Source: an uncultured virus (IMG/VR IMGVR_UViG_3300022914_000005) (taxonomy: Duplodnaviria > Heunggongvirae > Uroviricota > Caudoviricetes). From it: a stretch of DNA of 20,000 nt. The translations under genes were made by a program, and so were the position numbers. A model generated the notes under the pieces. It worked only from the letters and a program-made list of their open reading frames with translations. It had not been told where the DNA came from and did not search any database. The stretch lies in the IMG/VR virus record IMGVR_UViG_3300022914_000005. The stretch is one strand, 5' to 3'. The first letter of the stretch is position 1. Each line of letters opens with the position of its first letter. Below, piece by piece: positions 1 through 8,542 of the stretch.

Positions 1-3000
1 TGCCGGGCTGTACTCAGGCGAATCAAACATGTCGCCTTTAAACTCTTGTAGTCTTTCGACGTTGCTGACACGGTTAGGGTCATCAAACGCCGAGTCGTAG
101 ATGCCCGCAAGAATTATGTCGGCATCGACACCTGACATTTGAAGCGCTTCATAGAGCGCCTCAGCAGGCACAGTTTCATCTCCGTCTGAGAACTCAAGAT
201 TGCCGAGACCTTCAGCACGGTCCCCACTCTCGCTAGGCATGACAGCTTCGCGCAGAGCCTTGGCAAGCTCTTCCTGCGAAAATCTTGTCGAAAGCTCAGA
301 AGGATCGTCTGTGTAGTCTTCGCTTGTCTCATCGGTGCGACCACGGGGCTCGTACATCGAGTAGATGTCAACCTTGTGCGCGCCATCTGGGACCTCGAAC
401 ATCGAGTCAAACTCGCTCTCGAATTCTGGAGAAATCCCAGACGGAGTCTTAGACTCGCTTGGCATCGGCGAGATTTTGTCAATAGAGAACGTTCTCTCTT
501 CCATCTCGCCATCGACGTCTAAGAACCCGACGACGTTAGTTAGCCCGTTCTTCGGGTTACTGTAAATGCGACTTGGAGTAAACGTTCTCTCCTTGCCGCT
601 GTACATGAACCGAACTGTTCCGCCGGCCTCCATCGCGTCTTCTATTGCAGATCTAATGCCGAAGAAGCTCGTATCTGTAATATCAGCGGGCCCGCCAGTG
701 TATAGCTCTGGGTCTATGTCTGGAGTAACCCCGTCAAAGATGTCTGGGTCGCCGTCACCTTCGGTTAGTTTCTGGAAAAGCTCGGCGTTCTCCTCGTCAT
801 CGTTGCTGAAACGTGCGTTAAGTGCACCGTCAGTCTCAGCGTCGCCAAGGAAGCTGCGAGCCTCCTCTGGAGTCAGCCTAGGCTTATCAAACGTAACAAC
901 AACCTTGCGTTCATCGCCCATTCCAAGAGGAGACCCGTCAAGACTGTCGTACAGACTGTCATTCTCTTCGATGTACCCGCCGGCGTCATTAACACGCTTA
1001 ACGAGATCTTCGGTGAAGTCCTCTTCAACCATTGGGAACGCAATTTGAACGCCATCGCCCTTAGGCTTAGTGTTCATTGGGCTAAGCGGATCGCTGCCGT
1101 CACCTTCGGTCGGAGGCGTGATGTCGTCATCGGTTGGCTTGAAGAAGTCAAGAACCTCTTGGCCGAAGTTATCTCTGATCTCAGCGTCAAAGTCAGTAAC
1201 TGACGGATCGCTTGAGTCTGCTCTGAACGCGACCTCGACGTCTTCTTCAGCGTCCTCTGGCGCGCGAACAATGGCAGTGACAATGTAGTTGCCAGGGCTT
1301 GGCTCCTCAAGAAATACCTCAGCGAGCTCGCCTTCGTACTCTGCGCTTATTGAGCCCTCTCGGTACTCACTCGAGGATACGGGAACCTGGCCTTCTGGGG
1401 TCTTGCCTTCTACAATGTCCTCAAGTTCGCCGTAGAAATCTTCTGTATCGTCGTCACCGTAGTAGAACGAGATTTTGTCGAAGTCGGCAACGTCTTCCCA
1501 GGACACTCTTTGAGTATCTGGAGAAGAAAGTCTTACTCCGTTCTCGTCGTGAGTGTACGTTACGTCAAAGCCGTCTTCGTCAGACTCAGTTACTACGCCG
1601 TAACCGTTCGGGCCCTGGACAATTGTCGCAATTCCTCTCTCGAGTTCGTCTTTTTCGGAAGGTTGGCGATCTACTTTCTTGAGAGTGGTGCCAGGTCTGC
1701 CTGTTTCGTCGCCTTTTGACTTGTCGTAGTCGATGACGCGGTCCATGACGTCTGTGATTTGAGAGTCCCTGCTTGGAGTTTCAGCAGCAGGTTTGCCGGA
1801 GTCAAGCTCGGGGAAGAACATGCCAGCCTGACCAGGCCTGTAGACCGTGTAGCCCTCATCGCCAGCAGCGTAGTCCCCATAGTACTTGGGCTTTCTTGGC
1901 CCACTCTTAGCAACTTCGTAGCCGCGGGACTGTAACTCCGCGATAATGGAACTAGCAGAGTACTCAGACTTATCCGCAAACAGTGAATAGCCTCTGTCAA
2001 ACGGTCTCTCCGCTCTCTTGCCATGTTTTGCGAGCTCCGCCATGAGCTCTTCGTCTGTCATCTGCTCGAGCTCTTTAGCCTTCTTGTCGTCGCGCTTTGG
2101 CCGAGGCTTCACTGGCTTCACTGGGGGGAAGAGATCACGTCTCTCCTCCTCAAGGAACTTTTCTATAGCTTTTCGAGCATCTCTCTCTGCGCGCTCTGCT
2201 TCTTTCTTTTCGCGCTCTTCTTCTTTTCTTCTCTCTTCGACAATTCTTGAGGTGTCCATCGGGCTAATCGGGTAGCCATCTGGAAACACGTCTTTTGGAA
2301 ATACACCTGGCTCATCAGCACGACTGTTTATCCACTTACGCCATTCCTCGTAAGTCATGTCTCGTGGGCCTGCGCCAATTTGATTCTTCCACGCCTCGTA
2401 CGCCTCGCGGGAGTCGTCAAACATTTTTTCTCCGCTAGGGAAACGCGCCTCAGCAGCGTCTACCTCGCGGGCACCCTCTACAATCCTCTCGAGTTCACCA
2501 TAGAAATCTTCTTGCTCCTCGGGTCTGAATGAAACTTCTTGGAAGTCCTCAGTGACGTCTCCCCAGGCAACTGTCCGAGTTTCTGGAGAATCAAGTTTGT
2601 TCCCGTCCCTGTCGTGCGTGTACAGGATGTCGATGCCGTCGTCATCTATATCGGTGATTAGGCCAGAGCCGTTTGGCTCACTGACAATTGTCGCAATATC
2701 ATTCTCGATTTCCTCTCGTTCGAGGACATCCTCTCTTATGTAGTCAGATTTGAGAGCTCGATCTATAACGTCTGCAATTTGAGAGTCTCGGGTCGGGAAT
2801 TCAGTGGCACCCTCTGCGTCAGCAGCCTCCTGTAGAACCTTCTCATATGCCGGCGAGTCATCTTTCGCGGCGCGCTGCACGTCAGCCCACGACTTGCCGT
2901 CAGCGACCTTTTCGCCAATGGAGTTGTCTGTGAGATCAGCACGATGGAGACTGTAGTCTCCGGTCTCAAGATTCTTTCGAACGAAGTAGCCGTCATCAGA

Positions 3001-3981
3001 TACGAACTGCTCAAAGCCGGCGTCACCGCTATCTGCTCTCGACCACCCCGTGGGAGCGTCGAGACGACTGATTTCTCCTTCTCGAACGAGCGACTCGCGG
3101 CCGCCGGTAACTCTGTCGAGCTCTACCTCCGGGATCTCCTTAAGCGCTTCTCTCGAGATAATCGCCTTCGAAGACACGCCCTTTGACGAAGGGAGCGCGT
3201 AGATGCCGCCTGGAAGACTTGGGCTGTCAGTGATCTCGATCTCGATGTCATCGTCGCCAGACGCTCCAACAACACGTCCGGAGACTGAGAAAATGCTGCC
3301 ATCAAGATCTAAGTTGAAGCTAAAGCCGCCGCCCATGAAGGCGAATCGACCGTAACGATCGCGTCGCTGCATTCTCGCGCGAAGCGAGCGAGCAGCTCTT
3401 GAGTTGCCACCGATGCCGAAGCCACCAACAGCAACAATGCTAAGAGGCTCCGGAGCAATAGCGTCGTCGAGGCGCAGGTAAGTTGGCACAGCACCTGACG
3501 GCGCGACAGACAGACGGGTGAACGCGTGAACTCTCTCTGACGAGCCGGGGAACGCCGAGTACGCGGCTGAAACAAGCGCGCGATAGCTGTCATCAATGAA
3601 CGGGTCAGCCGCAAGCCAACGAGCATTCGCGTGACGAAGCGACGCGCTGTTCATCTTATGACTCTTTGTCGACGCCGGATGCGACACTGGAAGCAAATCG
3701 CAGTGACGCATCGACTGAGAAGTTTGTGTATTAGAAGTGCAGAGTGAGATAAACTGTGACACCTCGCGAAGAGCGTTGAACACTCTTACTCGAGGGTCGT
3801 GCGTCACTGTTCGCGCCAGTGAACGGTTCGCTACAGCAATCGCAGCAGCAACAGCAACTCTGCGCTCCGGAAGAACGCGGCTGTTCGCATCAGCAACAAG
3901 CGCAAGAACGTCGGTACGGATCTTTATTCCGTACTGATGAATGAACTTACTCTTTGCAACACTTCTGTTTCTTGTTTTCAC
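1..3981 (-). CDS. Giant acidic multidomain phage protein, 3' end beyond window (>1327 aa); probable virion-associated/head-internal protein
   Basis: Manual translation: GTG at 3981 overlaps the TGA of the upstream gene (GTGA), and the frame has no stop down to position 1 (MKTRNRSVAKSKFIHQYG...FDSPEYSPA). Contains an RDRYGRF motif, a duplicated domain (2473-2796 / 1405-1776) and a WYL-like segment (472-657). Lies downstream of the portal. Missing from the supplied ORF track. Confidence 0.9.
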   Translation of the reverse strand, partial: MKTRNRSVAKSKFIHQYGIKIRTDVLALVADANSRVLPERRVAVAAAIAVANRSLARTVTHDPRVRVFNALREVSQFISLCTSNTQTSQSMRHCDLLPVSHPASTKSHKMNSASLRHANARWLAADPFIDDSYRALVSAAYSAFPGSSERVHAFTRLSVAPSGAVPTYLRLDDAIAPEPLSIVAVGGFGIGGNSRAARSLRARMQRRDRYGRFAFMGGGFSFNLDLDGSIFSVSGRVVGASGDDDIEIEITDSPSLPGGIYALPSSKGVSSKAIISREALKEIPEVELDRVTGGRESLVREGEISRLDAPTGWSRADSGDAGFEQFVSDDGYFVRKNLETGDYSLHRADLTDNSIGEKVADGKSWADVQRAAKDDSPAYEKVLQEAADAEGATEFPTRDSQIADVIDRALKSDYIREDVLEREEIENDIATIVSEPNGSGLITDIDDDGIDILYTHDRDGNKLDSPETRTVAWGDVTEDFQEVSFRPEEQEDFYGELERIVEGAREVDAAEARFPSGEKMFDDSREAYEAWKNQIGAGPRDMTYEEWRKWINSRADEPGVFPKDVFPDGYPISPMDTSRIVEERRKEEEREKKEAERAERDARKAIEKFLEEERRDLFPPVKPVKPRPKRDDKKAKELEQMTDEELMAELAKHGKRAERPFDRGYSLFADKSEYSASSIIAELQSRGYEVAKSGPRKPKYYGDYAAGDEGYTVYRPGQAGMFFPELDSGKPAAETPSRDSQITDVMDRVIDYDKSKGDETGRPGTTLKKVDRQPSEKDELERGIATIVQGPNGYGVVTESDEDGFDVTYTHDENGVRLSSPDTQRVSWEDVADFDKISFYYGDDDTEDFYGELEDIVEGKTPEGQVPVSSSEYREGSISAEYEGELAEVFLEEPSPGNYIVTAIVRAPEDAEEDVEVAFRADSSDPSVTDFDAEIRDNFGQEVLDFFKPTDDDITPPTEGDGSDPLSPMNTKPKGDGVQIAFPMVEEDFTEDLVKRVNDAGGYIEENDSLYDSLDGSPLGMGDERKVVVTFDKPRLTPEEARSFLGDAETDGALNARFSNDDEENAELFQKLTEGDGDPDIFDGVTPDIDPELYTGGPADITDTSFFGIRSAIEDAMEAGGTVRFMYSGKERTFTPSRIYSNPKNGLTNVVGFLDVDGEMEERTFSIDKISPMPSESKTPSGISPEFESEFDSMFEVPDGAHKVDIYSMYEPRGRTDETSEDYTDDPSELSTRFSQEELAKALREAVMPSESGDRAEGLGNLEFSDGDETVPAEALYEALQMSGVDADIILAGIYDSAFDDPNRVSNVERLQEFKGDMFDSPEYSPA

Positions 3982-4649
3982 GACGTTGCCTCGCCTGTGT
4001 AACGTGGTAATAGATCTCGATCTCTGCTGTATCCTAGAAGTGTCACTAAATCCTTAGCACGGTCAAACGGGTTTTCGTCATTAGCGAGCGCGCGCTTCCA
4101 CGCGGCTCGAACGGATGGAATGAACTCGTAGCCGAAGCCCGAGTACTCGGCCATCGCAACAATTGCTTCCTCTGGAGATGCATACTCGCTCTCATCGAGA
4201 ATTTCAACAAACAACTCTTCATACACCGGGCGTGTACCTGCGGTAATCGCCGAAGCGTCTTTCTTTGACGACCTCGGATGCGTCGCCGGAAGAAGATCGT
4301 TATCTTGGGTGTAGTTTGGGTTTGACGGCTTACCGGAGCGAAGAAGCTTTAGATACGCGTTCACTCTTGCCATCGCCCATTGATCTCGTGTCTTGCCTGG
4401 GCGATGAGATGTTGAAAACGCGCCTGCACCGCGGCGGTACACCGCCTTGAGCTGCCCCATCGTCGCCTTACGGCCAGCAGACGCCTTCTTATTGTGCTCC
4501 TGCATCTTGTTGCGAAGAGCTTTTTCAGTCTTGTCTGAAAACTTTATTTTCTTAGCGTTCTTTGCCTTTGCTGAACCAGGCTTATTTTTCTTTGAGCCCT
4601 TGATTCTCTCACTCGGCTTCGCCGGAACACTGCTACTCTTTGCCATCAC
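3978..4649 (-). CDS. Conserved phage head-region protein with LKAVYRRGAGAF..SHRPG..QWAMARV motif (DUF5824-like)
   Basis: 223-aa ORF translationally coupled to the portal (GTGA overlap). Basic N-terminus. Motif recalled from phage and giant-virus proteins. Confidence 0.75.
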   Translation of the reverse strand: MMAKSSSVPAKPSERIKGSKKNKPGSAKAKNAKKIKFSDKTEKALRNKMQEHNKKASAGRKATMGQLKAVYRRGAGAFSTSHRPGKTRDQWAMARVNAYLKLLRSGKPSNPNYTQDNDLLPATHPRSSKKDASAITAGTRPVYEELFVEILDESEYASPEEAIVAMAEYSGFGYEFIPSVRAAWKRALANDENPFDRAKDLVTLLGYSRDRDLLPRYTGEATS

Positions 4650-6340
4650 TGCGCCTCCGGTGGCTGTGGTGATTCTGGTTCTACGCCCTGCTGAGGCTCC
4701 GATGCCTGAGGCGGCGCTCCTTGAAGAAGTTGCTCGAGGCCGGGCGGCATCGGCGCGACACTCTGCGCCTGTTGTGCTGCTTTAGCCGCCTCGAGAGCTT
4801 CAGGCGCGAACGCTCCAATCATCGCTTCAGTGAGCTCTGGAGTGATCATGCCTTTCTCGAAGACGAGACGCATCGCGACCTCCTGAGGAGTCGGCGCATC
4901 TGAATCACTGAAACCGTGAGTCTTACGCCAGGTGTCAAACGACACCGCCATGCGATCAAAGCCGCTATCAGCGTCTGCCGCGCGGTCATTACGAGTCGCA
5001 ACGGCGCTTGGGTCAAACCAAACAACGATGCGCTCGACCTCTGTCTTATCGAAGCCGTTTGCAATCAGATAAGGACGAAGATATACAACGGTGAGCGCGT
5101 CGGCGATCAAAAGCATCAACGGCTCGATATGCGCCTTGTACAGTGACTCGTCGATCTGAAGAGCGTTCGAGTACTTCACGTTCGCAAGACCGGTGATGAT
5201 GTCCTTTGGCACATCGAGGCCCTGAAGAATTCTCTCGAGCACACGGTCAGCACGCTGCGCAAGTGCTGGGTCAAATGAACGCTCGAACTTAAACTGCTTA
5301 ATGCGATCGCCAAGTTCAGCAGGCCCACGAATAATCAGCGGAACAACGGCACTGGCGCTATCCTCGTCTCGGATCGGTGTCGTCATCGCATCGATGAGTT
5401 GATCCTCGAATTCGTCACCCATCTCCTCGGGTGTCGCCTCCGGGTACATGTCGGTCGGATCGTCAAACGGGTAGTCGGGGTCCGGAGACGCCGCGACACT
5501 AAGCCCGTCCGGAAGATACAACGCACCAGCGTTCAGACGAGAACGAGCGGTCGCACGGAATGTTCTGTTCAGAAGCAGAAGCTCGGCGCAAAGATCAAGA
5601 AGACCGCGCAAGCTCGAATCAGCCTCGTCAGAGAATCTGGGGTGCGCGCGCCAAATGCGACCAATAAACGCATTTCCCGGAAGAAGAACAAGACCTTGCT
5701 TTTGGTTCATGCTGCCGTTTCCACCAAGAATGTCCCGGCGAGGCGCAATTCCGTAGTTGTTCTTTTGGTCGATCTGTACCTCGTCAACTGAGCGAATGTC
5801 CCACGATTCTGGAGTGCCGGAGCCTGGCTTCGCTGGCATCTGAACGAGATAGCACTCGCCGGAGACGCTCAGGTTTAGTGCCGCATCTCGAATCAAACCA
5901 GCCTGACCACCGTACGCCGAGTCAAGACGGCTTAGCGCGCGCTCAGCGGCGCGTGCAAGCCTCTCGTCAACACGTGAGCTTGTACGCACCGAGATCGGAG
6001 TCTCCGCTGGATTATCAACTGTCGCCGCGTAGATACGAATTCTTGACGCAACGGACGCAACAAGATTGAATGCGTACTTCACCTCGCCGATTGCGTCGTA
6101 GTACTCCCACGCCTCGCTCTGCCATGCGCTTGAATGAGCCTGGCGAGTAGCCTTGAACTTCTCGGCCTCGCTTCGATCGTTCAGACGAAGCTGAGTCGCG
6201 GCCGCGGTTAGTGTTCTCGGAGTCGAGTACGCCGCGGGTCGAGCAGGTGTGTACCCGGGAGGAAGAGCCGTCACAGGTGACGGAAGAGACGGTGGTGTGT
6301 ATCGTCGTGACCTAGCAACTTCTCGGCGGTATACGCCCAC
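4646..6340 (-). CDS. Portal protein (actinophage type)
   Basis: ~564 aa. Motifs WQSEAWEYYDAIGEVKYA, NLSVSGECYLV, RIWRAHPRFSDEADSS, SASAVVPLII and GLDVPKDIITG are typical of actinophage portals. Follows a DUF1360-like gene. Start moved to GTG 6340 after GAGGAG RBS. Confidence 0.85.
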   Translation of the reverse strand: MGVYRREVARSRRYTPPSLPSPVTALPPGYTPARPAAYSTPRTLTAAATQLRLNDRSEAEKFKATRQAHSSAWQSEAWEYYDAIGEVKYAFNLVASVASRIRIYAATVDNPAETPISVRTSSRVDERLARAAERALSRLDSAYGGQAGLIRDAALNLSVSGECYLVQMPAKPGSGTPESWDIRSVDEVQIDQKNNYGIAPRRDILGGNGSMNQKQGLVLLPGNAFIGRIWRAHPRFSDEADSSLRGLLDLCAELLLLNRTFRATARSRLNAGALYLPDGLSVAASPDPDYPFDDPTDMYPEATPEEMGDEFEDQLIDAMTTPIRDEDSASAVVPLIIRGPAELGDRIKQFKFERSFDPALAQRADRVLERILQGLDVPKDIITGLANVKYSNALQIDESLYKAHIEPLMLLIADALTVVYLRPYLIANGFDKTEVERIVVWFDPSAVATRNDRAADADSGFDRMAVSFDTWRKTHGFSDSDAPTPQEVAMRLVFEKGMITPELTEAMIGAFAPEALEAAKAAQQAQSVAPMPPGLEQLLQGAPPQASEPQQGVEPESPQPPEAQ

Positions 6341-6401
6341 AACCTTCTCCTCGTCTCGTGACGGAGTCAACTAAGATTCATATGTCCGGCGAACCGGGAA
6401 A

Positions 6402-6692
6402 CTAGTTGACGCGGTCTAATATCGCGCCGGCGATGAGTGAATATGCGAGAACGCATGAGACAAACAACGTCGGCTCTTCTGCTATTTTATACATAGATAC
6501 AACAAGCGTTGCTGTGTAGACACTTGCGCACCAATTGCACGTAATCAAATATCCGAGATTGATCCGTGTTGGCGGATATCTTTTCCAAATTCTCGTGCGA
6601 AGCCCGTCAAACATCGTGTCGGTCGTCACAAAACGGGTTAGCCGTGTGGCGGCTAGTCCAAGTGCAATAAACTCAAGGGCTGTCACGATCAC
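6402..6692 (-). CDS. DUF1360-like membrane protein
   Basis: LAATRLTRFVTTD...YLITCNWCASVY motif with hydrophobic segments; this family commonly precedes portal genes in actinophages. Confidence 0.8.
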   Translation of the reverse strand: MIVTALEFIALGLAATRLTRFVTTDTMFDGLRTRIWKRYPPTRINLGYLITCNWCASVYTATLVVSMYKIAEEPTLFVSCVLAYSLIAGAILDRVN

Positions 6693-7066
6693 TCAGGGTC
6701 TCCTGTTGCATACATTGTTCGGTACGGGTTCCATGAACGCAAACGAGAGCCGCAGCCGCAGTTCGCATCCTTCTCAAGAACAATCACCTTTCCTGTCAAC
6801 GTACGAAGACGTGCTGTTTTCTTCGCATCACGTGACAAAATAAGTGATTCTGGGTCATACTTTTCGCGGAAAATCAGCATTGGCCCTTGATCAGAGTCAG
6901 ACGCAATCATTATCGTGTCGCTCGTGATCACGGCGCGAACGGCGGTGACCATTCGTGAGCGAGGTATTCTCTCGTAGACCTGAAACGTCTCGTATTGATC
7001 ACTTTCTACGGTGCCTGCCGGGCAGACCCGTGAGCGTAGTGGAAAGTTGTCATACAGAATCTTCAT
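6689..7066 (-). CDS. Hypothetical protein with C-terminal CGCGS motif
   Basis: 125-aa ORF with 4-nt overlaps to both neighbours. Confidence 0.75.
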   Translation of the reverse strand: MKILYDNFPLRSRVCPAGTVESDQYETFQVYERIPRSRMVTAVRAVITSDTIMIASDSDQGPMLIFREKYDPESLILSRDAKKTARLRTLTGKVIVLEKDANCGCGSRLRSWNPYRTMYATGDPE

Positions 7067-7683
7067 GTTCTACTCAGTCTTCTTCTCATTGCCGAGTACG
7101 TAACATCGGCCGCGTCGGCGAGCTCACGAACTGAGACGCCGCGTTCAGCCTCGGATCTACAGATCATTGTCAGTTCGGCGTTTGCTCGAGCGTGCGGTCC
7201 GTCGGGATTTGTGCCGGCGCGGTAGCGACGTGCGATCGGTGAGATCTCGGCGATTCTCTCTCGAGCGGCTGATGACAACTCAGGAGCGTTCGGATCAAAT
7301 CGAGTAGCGATCTTTCTGGCGTTTCTGGCGTTTCTGGCGTTTCTGTCTGGCGCCGCGGAGGAAGCGGCAGCGGAGGAGGTGGATGAGGAGGGAGAGGAAA
7401 AGCTCTCTTTTTCCGCCGTCCTTAAGATTGTAGAAGAAGAAGAAGAAGAAGAAGAAGAAGAGAGGGGAGGCAATGGAAAGATGTGTGTTTGAGGTGAGTG
7501 TGTTGTGGGGCGAGTGACCCAGGCGCGCACCGTTGACCGCGTTCTCGGCGGGTCCAGGGCCTCACCAATTGCCGCGAGCGGCCAACCCGCCTTGTGGAGG
7601 GCGGTGGCTCTCGCATGGAGCGCCGGGCCCTTTAATGCACGCAAGAGACCAATCTCGGAATTCGGTAGCCTCTTCTTCGACAC
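7063..7683 (-). CDS. Putative DNA-binding protein with two HTH-like segments joined by a Ser-rich linker
   Basis: N-terminal LHKAGWPLAAIGEAL..RSTVRAW and C-terminal RGVSVRELADAADVTYSAMRRRL look like HTH motifs. TACTAT -10 box 6 nt before the GTG start. Confidence 0.75.
   Translation of the reverse strand: MSKKRLPNSEIGLLRALKGPALHARATALHKAGWPLAAIGEALDPPRTRSTVRAWVTRPTTHSPQTHIFPLPPLSSSSSSSSSSTILRTAEKESFSSPSSSTSSAAASSAAPDRNARNARNARKIATRFDPNAPELSSAARERIAEISPIARRYRAGTNPDGPHARANAELTMICRSEAERGVSVRELADAADVTYSAMRRRLSRT
7432..7461. repeat. (AGA)10 microsatellite encoding Ser10
   Basis: Ten perfect AGA units read directly; TCT codons on the minus strand. Confidence 0.9.
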
Positions 7684-7689
7684 TCTCTT

Positions 7690-7698
7690 ATAGTAACA
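7690..7698 (-). promoter_or_regulatory. Extended -10 promoter (TGt-TACTAT), leaderless, for 7063..7683
   Basis: Minus strand reads TGTTACTATaagagaGTG. Confidence 0.6.
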
Positions 7699-7705
7699 TA
7701 ACGAC

Positions 7706-7875
7706 GGCGGAAAAAAGTGTACATTTTGCGGTTGCTTTGTACATTCAGCGTTTTCTCTCTCAAATGCTCACCCGCTCTGCGGCGGATCGCTCTTCAGGGG
7801 CCTCCTCTTTTTCTGCCGCTCTTTCATTCATCGACGACGCGGAAGAAGTGTACAAATCCGACGACTTTGTACAAA
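7706..7875. repeat. Two ~40-bp imperfect direct repeats, each with a pair of TGTACA palindromes (putative operator/binding sites)
   Basis: TGTACA at 7718, 7738, 7849 and 7868, in the context GCGGAA(A/G)AAGTGTACA...CTTTGTACA. Confidence 0.6.
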
Positions 7876-7952
7876 GGGGCAAAGTGGTTTGGACGTGAGA
7901 GAGTGAGGCGCGTTATTCGGAGGCGCTTTTGAAACGTTTCGAGCACTTTTTC

Positions 7953-7996
7953 TGAGCGAGAGAGCGAGAGCGAGAGCGAGAGAGCTTAGCGAGAGA
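7953..7996. repeat. GAGAGC-type low-complexity tandem repeat
   Basis: gagcgagagagcgagagcgagagcgagagagcttagcgagag. Confidence 0.75.
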
Positions 7997-8471
7997 AAAG
8001 TCTCTCTTAGCGTGAGAAGTGTCACTTTTGGCAACTGTCAACTTTTTCCTGCTTGAGAGCAAGAGAGAAGTTGTGAGCGCTCTTTCTCTTGCTACTTGTC
8101 TGAGCTCTCAGAGGAGACGTTGACATGACGACGAGGTAGTCACTACTTGAGGCCTACAACTGCCTAGGAGAATGTCGTCGACGCTTGAGCAGGCAGCTTA
8201 CCTGCCTCTCCACCTCTTGAGGTCGAGACACCAGCCAGGTAGTGGTCGCCTGCTGCCTTGTGGCGTCTGAGTGGCCTCTGAGTGGTCAAGTAGGCCTTGT
8301 AGTGTGCGCCTGCCTGCCTGCCAGGCCTGCCAGGGCCATGGCCATGGCCAACATGCTTTTCTGTGGTCAAAGTCTGCCAGCGAACAGGAAAGTGCAAAGT
8401 TTTTTTCGTTGAGTGACAACGACTTCCAAGCTTTCTGCAAAAAAGTTTGGTAAAGGGGGTGTACTTTTGAT

Positions 8472-8487
8472 CTAAAGATGATACTAT
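8472..8487 (+). promoter_or_regulatory. CTAAAGA-N3-TANNNT promoter motif (CTAAAGA tga TACTAT)
   Basis: Upstream of plus-strand gene 8543; one of 7 copies of the motif. Confidence 0.7.
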
Positions 8488-8542
8488 GGTCTATAACAAG
8501 CCAGCCGCACCCGCAAAGGTGCAACGACGAAAGGAAAACCAA

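Noticed and set aside
2072..2078. Eighth CTAAAGA occurrence
   Set aside because: Inside the giant CDS and not followed by a TANNNT hexamer; treated as chance.
1..3977. Apparent 4-kb coding desert suggesting stop-codon reassignment or a pseudogene
   Set aside because: One standard-code minus-strand frame is open from 3981 to the window edge; the track omitted it because its stop lies outside the window. The short ORFs listed here are shadow frames.
7700..8470. CRISPR array, tRNA or real ORFs in the non-coding island
   Set aside because: No regularly spaced repeat-spacer units and no cloverleaf/TTCRA-CCA signature; ORFs are low-complexity with no RBS.
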